A stretch of 64,000 nucleotides of DNA from an uncultured Flavobacteriaceae bacterium. GTDB taxonomy: Bacteria > Bacteroidota > Bacteroidia > Flavobacteriales > Flavobacteriaceae. Below the pieces are notes generated by a model, which saw only the letters and a program-made list of their open reading frames with translations, searched no databases and had not been told where the DNA came from. Shown here in pieces: positions 19,237 through 28,653 of this stretch. Each line of letters opens with the position of its first letter. Positions within the stretch are counted from its first letter, which is position 1. Made by a program: the position numbers and the translations under genes. The stretch is taken from positions 147,940 to 211,939 of the forward strand of contig CAWEUV010000001.1 in the NCBI GenBank assembly GCA_963812405.1, given 5' to 3'.

Positions 19237-19315
19237 CAATTTCTGAGTCAGTTATTGCTAATTGACTAATATCGATGTGAGTCTGTTAGTCTCCGGAAAT
19301 AAATAGAAAGTAAAG

Positions 19316-19687
19316 TTATACCAAATTCGTCTGCAATAAATGTTTTACTTTTTTAACTAACTCTGTCGGATCAAAAGGTTTTGCTATGAAATCGTCAACG
19401 CCTAAATTGGAAACTTCCACAACGGTTTGATCTTCTTTTCCCAATGAGGAAATCATGATTATTGGAATGTTCGGATAATTGGTTTTTGAAAACAGCGTAA
19501 TTTCCAAACCGGATTTGAAAGGCATCATAATATCCGAAATGATTAAATCCGGAAGTACTGTTTCAATTTTTTCGATTCCCTGAATCCCGTCTGTGGCGAT
19601 ATGGGTTTCAAATCCTTCTTTTTTCAGAAGAAAATCCAAAATATTGATGATAATCTTATCATCTTCAATAAGTAATATTTTTTTCAT
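19316..19687 (-). CDS. Stand-alone response regulator receiver domain
   Basis: LIEDD acidic pocket, phospho-acceptor SDIMMP, ISS, AKPF; no output domain. Confidence 0.92.
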   Translation of the reverse strand: MKKILLIEDDKIIINILDFLLKKEGFETHIATDGIQGIEKIETVLPDLIISDIMMPFKSGLEITLFSKTNYPNIPIIMISSLGKEDQTVVEVSNLGVDDFIAKPFDPTELVKKVKHLLQTNLV

Positions 19688-19807
19688 ATATGTAAAATTT
19701 ATTTGTTACAGGTCATATATGGTATCGCTTTTTATTTATTGGTGTTTGCTTGCGCAAACTTCTTGTTAATGGCGATTTCATGCGTATGCGGTATTTAAAT
19801 TATAGAT

Positions 19808-21058
19808 TTAAAATTTGTACTGAAGTGAAAAAAACAAATCGAATTCGTTTTGAAAAGCATCCGGAGCGTATTCCTGATGATTAAACATTCCTTGTAAACC
19901 AACACAATAATGTTCCCATAACAGTTTGTAATATCCGGCTCCGATTCTGTAGGAACTCAAGGCAACCCTTTGTTGGAATTGTCCCAAAGTTACTCTTTCG
20001 TCCGGTGAGGTTCCATAACCGGCAATTACAGTTGCATAATCGTATTTGGTATCAAAATAATAACGTGTCGTAGCGGTGAAAGCCGGATACATTTTGCTGT
20101 TTTCCCATTGCCAATATGATTTCAGATTGAACCAATAGGAACCAACATATTTTCCGATGCCAACCACTCCGGCACCTAAATCTTTATCAACGGTTCTTGT
20201 GTAACGAACTCCTAAATCGCCTTCCCAACTTTTACCCAGTGTATGGAAAAAGGAATAAGCGGCGCGAAGTGTTGGGAAAACCGTATTGTCACCCAAAGCA
20301 ACATTGGCAAACGAATAACTTTTTTTGCCATGTGTGAAATAGGTTTCGAATTCCGATTGGAATCCCGAATTGACACTTTCCCCGAAATAACGACGGTCGG
20401 CAAAATTGACGCGGCCGATTAGGGTTAATTTTTTTCGTTCCCGGATGTATTGTAATCCGAGTAAATGCCACGGTCCAACACCATTGCGACTGAAAGTGGT
20501 GAAATTATAGTTCAATCCGATGCGGTCGGAAACGGATTTCAGTTTTAATTCGGTTAGCTGATTTTGTAAATTTTTATCATCAGGAAATTTTTCGGCAACG
20601 GAATTCAGATAGTTGATGGATTTTTCATCGTCTTTTTCCAAAGCAATAGCATCCGATTTCAACAGATAGAATTCTTTTTCCTCCGGATAAAAAGTGATGG
20701 CTTTGTCTAAAACAACCATAGCATTGTTACTGTTTTTTTTCTCGATTTCCAATTTCGAAAGATAACTGAATGCCTCTTTGTATTTTGGATTTTCGGTTAT
20801 GACATGATTGAAATAAAAACGCGCACTGTCTTTTTGTTGTGTCATCCAGTAAGCTCTTCCCAAAAGCAGGTGAAAGTCTAAATAATTGGGTGCTTTTTTG
20901 ATGCCTAAACGCGATAATTCGATTGTTTTGACGTAATTTTTATTGGTATTTAACTCAAATGCCGTTTTTACCAAAAGACTGTCTGTATCAATTTTTTGGG
21001 CTTGTAAACCAATTGAATATACGAGATTGAAAATCAGTATGAATACTACTTTTTTCAT
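19808..21058 (-). CDS. TPR plus YaiO-family outer membrane beta-barrel protein
   Basis: Signal peptide, TPR-like helices (LLLGRAYW...NPKYKEA...AITFYPE), amphipathic strands and terminal SLQYKF (BAM-type C-terminal Phe). Confidence 0.8.
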   Translation of the reverse strand: MKKVVFILIFNLVYSIGLQAQKIDTDSLLVKTAFELNTNKNYVKTIELSRLGIKKAPNYLDFHLLLGRAYWMTQQKDSARFYFNHVITENPKYKEAFSYLSKLEIEKKNSNNAMVVLDKAITFYPEEKEFYLLKSDAIALEKDDEKSINYLNSVAEKFPDDKNLQNQLTELKLKSVSDRIGLNYNFTTFSRNGVGPWHLLGLQYIRERKKLTLIGRVNFADRRYFGESVNSGFQSEFETYFTHGKKSYSFANVALGDNTVFPTLRAAYSFFHTLGKSWEGDLGVRYTRTVDKDLGAGVVGIGKYVGSYWFNLKSYWQWENSKMYPAFTATTRYYFDTKYDYATVIAGYGTSPDERVTLGQFQQRVALSSYRIGAGYYKLLWEHYCVGLQGMFNHQEYAPDAFQNEFDLFFSLQYKF

Positions 21059-22488
21059 AGTTTCTGATTTGAATTAATAAATCCTTTGCGCGACATAACG
21101 CCCCATTTTTGCTCTTTTCTTCTCAGGAAATTCCAATATCCTTTTATGGAGGCATACACGTTTAGCGGATGGTAAATAAACGGTTCCAAAAATACCATTA
21201 CAATTAAGGTAAGCATTTCTTTAATGTTCGAATAGTGCTGGTACACCAACTGATCCAGAAGCACTGATAATAACGTAATCGCGGTGTAAAACAAATAAAT
21301 GAAAACGCTCACAATCAGTAAGAAATGGTAATTAATGTCGAAAAACAGTAAATCCAATACCAATACTGTAAGTCCGATAACCTCTAAAATTGGAACGGCA
21401 AATTCAAAGAATACAAAATATGGAAAGGCGAGCAATCCGGTTTTGCCGTATTTCGGATTCAGAAAGACTTTTTTGTGTAAAGTGAGGGTCTGAATCAATC
21501 CGCGCGCCCATCTTGTTCGCTGTTTCATGAACAATTCCATGCTACTGGGAACTTCTGTCCAACACAAGGTCTCGGGAATGTATTTGATTAGGAAATTTTC
21601 CTTTTTCTCATGCATGTATTTTCGCATACGGGTAATCAGTTCGATGTCTTCTCCCAGCGATTTATGCCAATATCCACCTACTTTAATCACGGTTTCTTTA
21701 TCGAACATTCCGAGTCCGCCGGATACTAAAAGCAAGCTGTTCATTTTACTCCACGCCATTCGTCCGAAGATAAAGGCACGGATGTATTCCAATTCCTGAA
21801 ATCGTGCAAAAAAGTTATCCGGATAATGCGATTGGTACAATTCACCGTCTTTAAATTCACAAGAATTGGAAATTCGAATGGTGGCTCCGGTTGCGATAAC
21901 TTTTTCGGTATTTTCAATGAAAGGTTTGGCTAAAATGGCGACCGCATCTTTCCGTAAAATGCAATCCACATCGGTACAAAGGAAAAGCGAATATTTGGCC
22001 GAATTGATTCCGGCATTCGAAGCATCGGCTTTGCTGTTACCATTCACTTTATCGATAACCAATAGTTTTGAATAGATAGGGTTGGTCGATTTATAATGTC
22101 CTCTAACGGGTTGTGTATGAATCTTTTCCTGATAAAAAAAGTCAACTTTCACCAGGCTGAATTCGGAAATAAGCAGGTCTAAAGAGTTGTCTGTACTGCC
22201 ATCGTTAATGATAATGACTTCAAATTTCGGATATTCCTGTGACAATAAGGATTTTACGTTGTAAACAATTGTTGCCGACTCATTAAAAGCCGGTGCAATG
22301 ATGGAAACACCAATCGTATGGTTCGATTTCACCAATACGCCTTTGTGCAGATAATATTTTGAATTGTAATATTTCTTAATCGCCAAATACGACAATAGTG
22401 CCAAAAGCAAATATAAAATCACATAGCTTATGGAATAATAAGCCGCAAAAGTTTCGTAATGTTTTATAAAAAATTCTAACGTTTTCAA
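21055..22488 (-). CDS. Processive membrane GT2 glycosyltransferase (PgaC/IcaA/cellulose-synthase-like)
   Basis: N-terminal TM, APAFNE, NDGSTD, KADASNAG, TDVD, GED, QRTRW, then about three C-terminal TMs. Confidence 0.9.
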   Translation of the reverse strand: MKTLEFFIKHYETFAAYYSISYVILYLLLALLSYLAIKKYYNSKYYLHKGVLVKSNHTIGVSIIAPAFNESATIVYNVKSLLSQEYPKFEVIIINDGSTDNSLDLLISEFSLVKVDFFYQEKIHTQPVRGHYKSTNPIYSKLLVIDKVNGNSKADASNAGINSAKYSLFLCTDVDCILRKDAVAILAKPFIENTEKVIATGATIRISNSCEFKDGELYQSHYPDNFFARFQELEYIRAFIFGRMAWSKMNSLLLVSGGLGMFDKETVIKVGGYWHKSLGEDIELITRMRKYMHEKKENFLIKYIPETLCWTEVPSSMELFMKQRTRWARGLIQTLTLHKKVFLNPKYGKTGLLAFPYFVFFEFAVPILEVIGLTVLVLDLLFFDINYHFLLIVSVFIYLFYTAITLLSVLLDQLVYQHYSNIKEMLTLIVMVFLEPFIYHPLNVYASIKGYWNFLRRKEQKWGVMSRKGFINSNQKL

Positions 22489-23699
22489 TTCAGATAGGGA
22501 TTAGTAACGTGTAACACGATCTTTTTAATGGTATTGTTTTCGGTTTCATTTTCTGCGGTAAAATGGTCAAAATAGGTTTTGTCAATTTTATTGATGCAGT
22601 TTACGATTTCGAATTTAATTTCCAGATCGTTTTCCGAGGTTAAAATTTCAGTGGCGAATTGCAGCGTTTTAGTATTTCCGATGATTCCCAGCGTTTTTAA
22701 ACAGGAAATTCGGTTTCGTTTGTTGCTTTCTGTTGGATAATGATCCATCAGTGTTTTGTTGGCTTCACCCAATTTCAATTCCCTGATAGCCAATAAGGTT
22801 TCTTTACGAACCAGAACATCGTTGTTTTGTAAAAGATGATTTATTTGAGTAATAGTCAGTTGTTCTTTATATCGAATTATAAGTTTCAGTGCCAGAATTA
22901 CGATGGAATTGTTCTCATGGTAAATCCATTTTACGATGTTTTCGGGAAGTTTGGATTTTTTCTGATAAATGATGTCCAGAATTTTTAGTTCGTCGGCTCT
23001 TGAAATTTTTTCCGTGTAAAGGTCCAAAACGCCGAATTTTTCATCGGATAACGCAATGGTAGCAATTAAAGCGTTCGAGCGGAGGTATTTGTTTTTATGA
23101 TTTAAAAAAGATTTGAACTGTCCTTTTTTGATTTTATAATCCAAAACCTGATAATGGTAGATGCCCAGTGATTTGAAATACCATCTTCGGTCATTGATTA
23201 AGCGCTGACTGTAACTTTGCAAGCCAAAATATTTGTAAACCAATAAAATCTGATTCTGATCGAAACCGTGAATGTTTTGTTTGAAATGAATTAGTTTATT
23301 AAGGATTAGATAGCGGCACCATTTTTCGTCGTATGGAATTTTGGTTTTGAAATCGGCTATTTTTTCCTTCATTTCTTTTCCGCTGTAACTTGAGAAAATA
23401 ATTTCAGTTAAAAAATCATTTACTAATGTGTCAATTTCTTTTTTCTTGAGTGCTAACTGCTCATGTTTGTATCGGTTGATTACCAGTGAAAAAACCAGCA
23501 GTATAATAAATAAAAGGAAAAGGGGTATTATAACGAATTTTAAAACACTAAAAATAAATTCTGTCGAAAAAGGCGTACTTGGTAAAGTAAGTATAGGACT
23601 GTTAAAATAATCGAATTTTGTAAAGAAATCTGAACTACTGATTTTATGGATCAGATTTAGGGTTTCATCTTTAGATAAGACTAAAAAAGGATTAATCAT
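22485..23699 (-). CDS. Membrane-anchored HEAT-repeat protein
   Basis: One TM (about aa 49-75), then helical repeats (LRSNALIATIAL, VILALKLI, VRKETLLAIREL, RISCLKTLGIIG, IKFEIVNCI). Confidence 0.8.
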   Translation of the reverse strand: MINPFLVLSKDETLNLIHKISSSDFFTKFDYFNSPILTLPSTPFSTEFIFSVLKFVIIPLFLLFIILLVFSLVINRYKHEQLALKKKEIDTLVNDFLTEIIFSSYSGKEMKEKIADFKTKIPYDEKWCRYLILNKLIHFKQNIHGFDQNQILLVYKYFGLQSYSQRLINDRRWYFKSLGIYHYQVLDYKIKKGQFKSFLNHKNKYLRSNALIATIALSDEKFGVLDLYTEKISRADELKILDIIYQKKSKLPENIVKWIYHENNSIVILALKLIIRYKEQLTITQINHLLQNNDVLVRKETLLAIRELKLGEANKTLMDHYPTESNKRNRISCLKTLGIIGNTKTLQFATEILTSENDLEIKFEIVNCINKIDKTYFDHFTAENETENNTIKKIVLHVTNPYLN

Positions 23700-23783
23700 A
23701 AAAAATTATCACAATGTCAAGGTTATTTAGGTTTTTATATAACAGATTTGGGGGAATCCTTGAATAAAAATCAAAATTTCGGT

Positions 23784-23791
23784 CAAATATA
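23784..23791 (-). promoter_or_regulatory. -7 promoter box (TATATTTG) for the HEAT-GT2-YaiO operon
   Basis: TAnnTTTG match 84 nt upstream of the first ATG; no clear -33 TTG seen. Confidence 0.45.
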
Positions 23792-23832
23792 GAGATAAAA
23801 TTAGTTAATGGTTAGTTAAATGTTTGTTTTGG

Positions 23833-24597
23833 TTAAAATCCTTCAAACACTCCTAATCCAAATAAGGCAAAATCGTATTTTACAGGATCGTTAGGGTCGA
23901 GCAGGCGCAGGTTGGTATCCAATTCAAATAGTGCTTTCGCATCGTTTTGCTTTCGAGTAAGCAATTCCAGTTTTCTTGCTACATTTCCGGAATGTACATC
24001 TAAAGGACAGGAAAGTGCCGCCGGAGAAATACTTTTCCAAATTCCCAAATCCACACCTTTATTATCCTGACGGCACATCCAGCGTAAATACATGTTAATT
24101 CGTTTCGCTGCCGAACCTTTCATCGGGTCGGAAATATGTTTTTCGGTTCGGGGTAAATGGTTGATTTCAAAAAAGATTTTCTTAAACTCCGAAATACTTT
24201 TCTGCATGGAATTCGGTTCCTGATGTTGGGAAAAAACGGCTTCGAGTCCGTTATGATTTTGGTAAATGTGTTGCAGACTTTTAATAAACCCAACAAAATC
24301 CTGACTATTGAAAGTGCGGTGTACAAAAGTAGAAAAGCGTTCCAAATCGTCGTTATTGTGCGACATGATGAAATCGTAAGGCGCATTTCCCATCAAATCC
24401 ATCATTTTTTTGGCGTTGTTGATGATCATTTTGCGATTTCCCCATGCAATGGTAGCAGCAAGAAAACCGGCAATCTCGATATCTTCTTTTTGGGTAAACA
24501 AATGCGGAATCTGTATCGGATCACTTTCGATGAAATCCGGACGGTTGTATACTTCGACTTTTTCGTCGAGAAAAGACTTTAACTCGGAAAAATCCAT
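23833..24597 (-). CDS. TIGR02757 (DUF2400) family protein, HhH-GPD-like
   Basis: FIESDPIQIPH, IAWGNRK, SAAKRINMYLRWM, PLDVHSGNVAR, DPVKYDFALFGLG. Confidence 0.85.
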   Translation of the reverse strand: MDFSELKSFLDEKVEVYNRPDFIESDPIQIPHLFTQKEDIEIAGFLAATIAWGNRKMIINNAKKMMDLMGNAPYDFIMSHNNDDLERFSTFVHRTFNSQDFVGFIKSLQHIYQNHNGLEAVFSQHQEPNSMQKSISEFKKIFFEINHLPRTEKHISDPMKGSAAKRINMYLRWMCRQDNKGVDLGIWKSISPAALSCPLDVHSGNVARKLELLTRKQNDAKALFELDTNLRLLDPNDPVKYDFALFGLGVFEGF

Positions 24598-25275
24598 TTA
24601 ATTTTTCACTACTTCGTTTCGGATATCGCCATCTACCATAATTAGTTTTCGGTCGGCCATATTTGCCAGGTCTTCATTGTGGGTCACAATTACGAAAGTC
24701 TGCCCGAATTCGTCACGAAGTTTAAAGAATAACTGATGTAAATTTTCGGCAGAATGGGTGTCTAAATTTCCAGAAGGCTCATCGGCAAAAATAACAGCCG
24801 GTTTGTTGATTAAAGCTCTGGCAACCGCAACACGTTGTTGTTCTCCGCCGGAAAGTTCTCCCGGTTTATGTTCGTAACGATGTGATAATCCCAAATAGTC
24901 CAATAGTTTTTTGGCTTCTTCTTCGGTTTCTTTTTTGTCTTTTCCTGCGATGAAAGCGGGAATGCAAACATTCTCCAACGCTGTAAATTCCGGTAAAAGC
25001 TGATGAAACTGAAAAATGAATCCCAATTGTAAATTTCGGAATCGAGATAAAGCTTTGTCATTCATTTTTAAAACATCTTCACCGTTAATCAACAAAGAAG
25101 AATTTTTCTCTGTAGTTGGTTTGTCAAGCGTTCCCATAATTTGTAAAAGCGTTGTTTTTCCGGCACCGGAAGCCCCAACAATGGAAACAATCTCTCCTTT
25201 CTGAATATGAAGATTTACGCCTTTTAAAACGTGAAGTTGGTCGAAATATTTATGAATGTTATTGGCCTTAATCAT
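24598..25275 (-). CDS. lolD: ABC transporter ATP-binding protein, LolD-like
   Basis: [47 protein letters not shown]; stand-alone. Confidence 0.75.
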   Translation of the reverse strand: MIKANNIHKYFDQLHVLKGVNLHIQKGEIVSIVGASGAGKTTLLQIMGTLDKPTTEKNSSLLINGEDVLKMNDKALSRFRNLQLGFIFQFHQLLPEFTALENVCIPAFIAGKDKKETEEEAKKLLDYLGLSHRYEHKPGELSGGEQQRVAVARALINKPAVIFADEPSGNLDTHSAENLHQLFFKLRDEFGQTFVIVTHNEDLANMADRKLIMVDGDIRNEVVKN

Positions 25276-25419
25276 GGTATTCGTTTTGACAAAGAAACAA
25301 ATTAAATGACGAAAATTAAATCTGATACAGCATAAAATACGTATGTAAAGTAATAAAGTTTCGTTAAAGAAAAATTAGTGTTTAATTGTTTTGTATATTT
25401 GTTAAACAAAATAAAAATT

Positions 25420-26064
25420 ATGAAAAATTTATTTGTATGTTGTTTAGCCATCATTACTTCTGCGTGTGAAGGCAAAGAAAATAAAAGCAAAGCCGGTATG
25501 GAAACAGAAAAAACAGTTACAGAAAATCAGAATTTAGAAAAAGCTACGTTTGCCGGAGGTTGTTTTTGGTGTACAGAAGCATTGTTTTTAGAAATAAAAG
25601 GAGTAGAGAAAGTTCTTCCGGGTTACACTGGGGGTAAAGTTAAGAATCCAACCTATGAAGAGGTGTGCGAGGGAACAACCGGTCATGCCGAGGCTATTGA
25701 GATTACCTATAATCCGGAGTTGATTTCCTATGAGGATTTGCTGGAAGTGTTTTTCGGAACACACGATCCAACAACTTTAAACCGTCAGGGAGCCGACGTG
25801 GGAACGCAATACAGAAGTGAAATTTTTTACCATTCCGAAGCACAGAAAAAAGCTGCTGAAAACTTTATTAATCTGTTGAATACACAAAATATTTATGGTA
25901 AAAAAGTGGTTACGAAAATTTCTTCTGCCACTGCGTTTTATATTGCCGAAGACTATCATAAAAATTATTACAACCGAAATAAAAATCAGGGGTATTGCAT
26001 GGCGGTTATCGCCCCGAAATTGGATAAATTGAAAAAGAACTACAAATCGAAACTTAAAAATTAA
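25420..26064 (+). CDS. msrA: Peptide-methionine (S)-S-oxide reductase, probable lipoprotein
   Basis: GGCFWC, GYTGG, AEDYH, resolving Cys in QGYC; lipobox ITSA-C; ATG at 25420. Confidence 0.92.
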   Translation: MKNLFVCCLAIITSACEGKENKSKAGMETEKTVTENQNLEKATFAGGCFWCTEALFLEIKGVEKVLPGYTGGKVKNPTYEEVCEGTTGHAEAIEITYNPELISYEDLLEVFFGTHDPTTLNRQGADVGTQYRSEIFYHSEAQKKAAENFINLLNTQNIYGKKVVTKISSATAFYIAEDYHKNYYNRNKNQGYCMAVIAPKLDKLKKNYKSKLKN

Positions 26065-26082
26065 TCCTTAAAGTACCCTTCT

Positions 26083-26754
26083 ATGGAAAAACTAACTGAA
26101 AAAGAACTTTTCGAAATCATAGGTGACGATCATCAGATGAGTTCTATAGAAACACCACTTCGACCCGATGCATTTTTGAAATCCGACGAAGAGAAAATGG
26201 TTGCGATTGAACAGCATTTCAAAGCAATTATGGAAGAGTTGGGTTTGGATTTAACCGATGACAGTTTGATGGGAACACCACATCGGGTAGCGAAAATGTA
26301 TGTTCAGGAAATATTCAGTGGTCTGCATCCGGACAACCGACCAAAGATTTCGGTTTTCGAAAACAGTTACAATTACGACAAAATGCTGGTAGAGGCAAAC
26401 ATCAATTTTAATTCTACTTGCGAACATCATTTTTTACCCATTATCGGTAAAGCGCACATAGCTTATGTGTCTGGCGGAAAAGTGATAGGGCTGTCGAAAT
26501 TAAACCGTATCGTAGATTATTTTGCCCGTCGCCCGCAGGTACAGGAGCGCATGACTGTTCAGATCTATAATGAATTATGTGATGTTTTAAATACCGAGGA
26601 TGTGATAGTGGTTCTTGAGGCTACTCATCTTTGTGTATCAAGTCGCGGCATCAAAGATGCGTCCAGTTATACAACGACTTTACAATACGGTGGCGTTTTT
26701 GAAGAAAAGGAAATGCGAAACGATTTTTTTAATTTATTGAAGAAAGAACAATAA
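26083..26754 (+). CDS. folE: GTP cyclohydrolase I
   Basis: TPHRVAKMY, STCEHHFLP, GLSKLNR, PQVQER, HLCVSSRG. Confidence 0.95.
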   Translation: MEKLTEKELFEIIGDDHQMSSIETPLRPDAFLKSDEEKMVAIEQHFKAIMEELGLDLTDDSLMGTPHRVAKMYVQEIFSGLHPDNRPKISVFENSYNYDKMLVEANINFNSTCEHHFLPIIGKAHIAYVSGGKVIGLSKLNRIVDYFARRPQVQERMTVQIYNELCDVLNTEDVIVVLEATHLCVSSRGIKDASSYTTTLQYGGVFEEKEMRNDFFNLLKKEQ

Positions 26755-26798
26755 TTGGCATTGATTTTGAAGTCATTGTGATACTAAATGCTGTAACA

Positions 26799-27101
26799 AT
26801 GTCACAAGAAATAGTGGTACAAACTTCCGAATCCAAAAAAACAAAGCACTTAATTTTAAGCCTGCTTTTTGACGCCATTGGCTATATCTCTTACGGCATT
26901 CCGTTTGTAGCAGAATTAACCGATGTGGTGTGGGCACCAATAGCGGGTTTTCTTCTTGCTAGGATGTATAAAGGTACGGTGGGAACTGTGGGAGGAATAA
27001 CGGTTTTTGTGGAAGAATTGCTTCCAGGGCTGGATTTTATTCCGACGTTTACACTTACGTGGATATATACTTATTTGATAAAGAAAGAAAATAGAAAATA
27101 G
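26799..27101 (+). CDS. Small membrane protein
   Basis: DAIGYISY..P..AELTDVVWAP...EELLPGLDFIPTFTLTW; ATG at 26799. Confidence 0.7.
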   Translation: MSQEIVVQTSESKKTKHLILSLLFDAIGYISYGIPFVAELTDVVWAPIAGFLLARMYKGTVGTVGGITVFVEELLPGLDFIPTFTLTWIYTYLIKKENRK

Positions 27102-27110
27102 AAAATAGAA
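27087..27110 (+). repeat. GAAAATA x3 heptamer tandem repeat
   Basis: Exact copies at 27087, 27094 and 27101, spanning the stop codon. Confidence 0.75.
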
Positions 27111-27121
27111 AGGGGCTGCTA

Positions 27122-27448
27122 TCAAGCTCCTTTTTTATTTCCGAATAAATCGGCAATGAAGCCCAATTTCATGCCGCGCAACATTTTGAAAACAAAATTT
27201 TTAAAGAAAGTGTGTTGCCCAAAAATAGTCCCGATAGTTACTAAAAGTACTTTGTAAACAGGAAGGATAATCAAAATATAAAGGATCCAATAGAAAACAG
27301 GATGCAAATTATCTTTTGTAATGCCAAGCCAAGCCAATATAGGTTTTGAAAGATAAGAAGCGGTAGTTCCGGTAATGGCAAAAACGACAAAAATGATTGC
27401 CATCTGCCAATTGCTTTTAATATTCCAGCGCTCTTTTAAATTTGACAT
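27122..27448 (-). CDS. DUF6787-family membrane protein
   Basis: LKERWNIKSNWQMAIIFVVFAITGT...YKVLLVTIGTIFGQ. Confidence 0.7.
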   Translation of the reverse strand: MSNLKERWNIKSNWQMAIIFVVFAITGTTASYLSKPILAWLGITKDNLHPVFYWILYILIILPVYKVLLVTIGTIFGQHTFFKNFVFKMLRGMKLGFIADLFGNKKGA

Positions 27449-27476
27449 TTTTTTGAAATATGGTCAAAAATACAAA

Positions 27477-27917
27477 TTATGGACGAGCGGGAAAACTTCC
27501 CAGGCTAATATTATTTTTCATTTGAAAATAAACCAGATAATTGTATAAAAGATAGTTGACTTCATAGCCATAGTCGGTACCGTTTTGATAATCAATCTGC
27601 ATGGTAAAAAGTGAAGCGTCCCGATTCGATTTAGGCGATCGAGCCCGATTATTCCATTCGATAACCCAAGGAACATTGCGGTTTTCCAAGTGTTTTTGTG
27701 TATAAAAACCACGAGGTCGTGCCGAAGATTGCAGCCAAGGTCTGAAGCCTCCGTCAATAACGATTACTTCATATTGCATTTCATCATTAGCGATGCGTAT
27801 GGTATCTCCTGTTTTTTGATTGTCATTATTGTTTTGAGCAATAGGTTTCGAACTGGAATTACACCCAAAAATGCATAGTAAGAGTACGGAAGCAACTATG
27901 TAAATATAATTTTTCAT
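27477..27917 (-). CDS. DUF6146-family lipoprotein
   Basis: Lipobox IFG-C; DTIRIANDEMQYEVIVIDGGF...YGYEVNYLLYNY. Confidence 0.75.
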   Translation of the reverse strand: MKNYIYIVASVLLLCIFGCNSSSKPIAQNNNDNQKTGDTIRIANDEMQYEVIVIDGGFRPWLQSSARPRGFYTQKHLENRNVPWVIEWNNRARSPKSNRDASLFTMQIDYQNGTDYGYEVNYLLYNYLVYFQMKNNISLGSFPARP

Positions 27918-27974
27918 GGCTGTATATTTTCTATAAAGTTACTAAATGTAAGCGAAAGGGGAGTTTAATTTAAC

Positions 27975-28007
27975 AAAAAAGCCAAGCAGTGTTTTGCTTG
28001 GCCTTTT
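27975..28007. terminator. Intrinsic terminator
   Basis: AAAAAAGCCAAGCA...TGCTTGGCCTTTT. Confidence 0.65.
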
Positions 28008-28022
28008 AAATTGTTTATTGTT

Positions 28023-28574
28023 TTATTTTCCGAAAAGTTTTCCGAGTAAACCGCCTAAAAAACCACCGCTTTTTCCGGATAGTGCGGCCGTGGCATCGCT
28101 CATGTCGACTTTTCCATCGTTATTTTGATCTAAGCTGAATTGCCCGCCGTATTTGGAAACAGCATCCATCAGTCCGGAATTCCCGCCAATGGAATTCACA
28201 ATATCGGAAACATTAAAACCCGGTTGGTTCGGGTCGTTCGCTTTACCGATTAAAGAGCCCAAAACTTTCGGAATCATATTTCCGGCAACGCCTGAAGCTG
28301 CATCGTTACTCAAACCGAATTTTTCACCCAAATTACCCGAAAGTTGTTGTGTTAACTGTTGCACAACAGGATTCGAAGTATCAATATTTCCGCCTTTTAA
28401 TAATCCGGCCACATCGTTAACATTTCCCTGAGCTACCATGTTTTTCAATCCTGATAAAATAGAACTGCTGGTTTCATTCATTACAGCTTCATTATGCTCG
28501 TTTGGAACGGATTGATTGTTAACAATAGCATCGCCTCCAAACTGTTTCACTAATTCTGATATCTGATCTAACAT
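28023..28574 (-). CDS. Gly-rich helical protein (DUF937-like) with an EF-hand-like loop
   Basis: EKFGLSNDAASGVAGNMIPKVLG; DQNNDGKVDMSD; GFLGGLLGKLFGK tail. Confidence 0.7.
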   Translation of the reverse strand: MLDQISELVKQFGGDAIVNNQSVPNEHNEAVMNETSSSILSGLKNMVAQGNVNDVAGLLKGGNIDTSNPVVQQLTQQLSGNLGEKFGLSNDAASGVAGNMIPKVLGSLIGKANDPNQPGFNVSDIVNSIGGNSGLMDAVSKYGGQFSLDQNNDGKVDMSDATAALSGKSGGFLGGLLGKLFGK

Positions 28575-28653
28575 TGAAAAAATATTTAAGGTTGAATATC
28601 AAATTTAAGCAAAAAAAGGTTACAAAATTAAAGCCGAAATAAGTAAAATAAAA

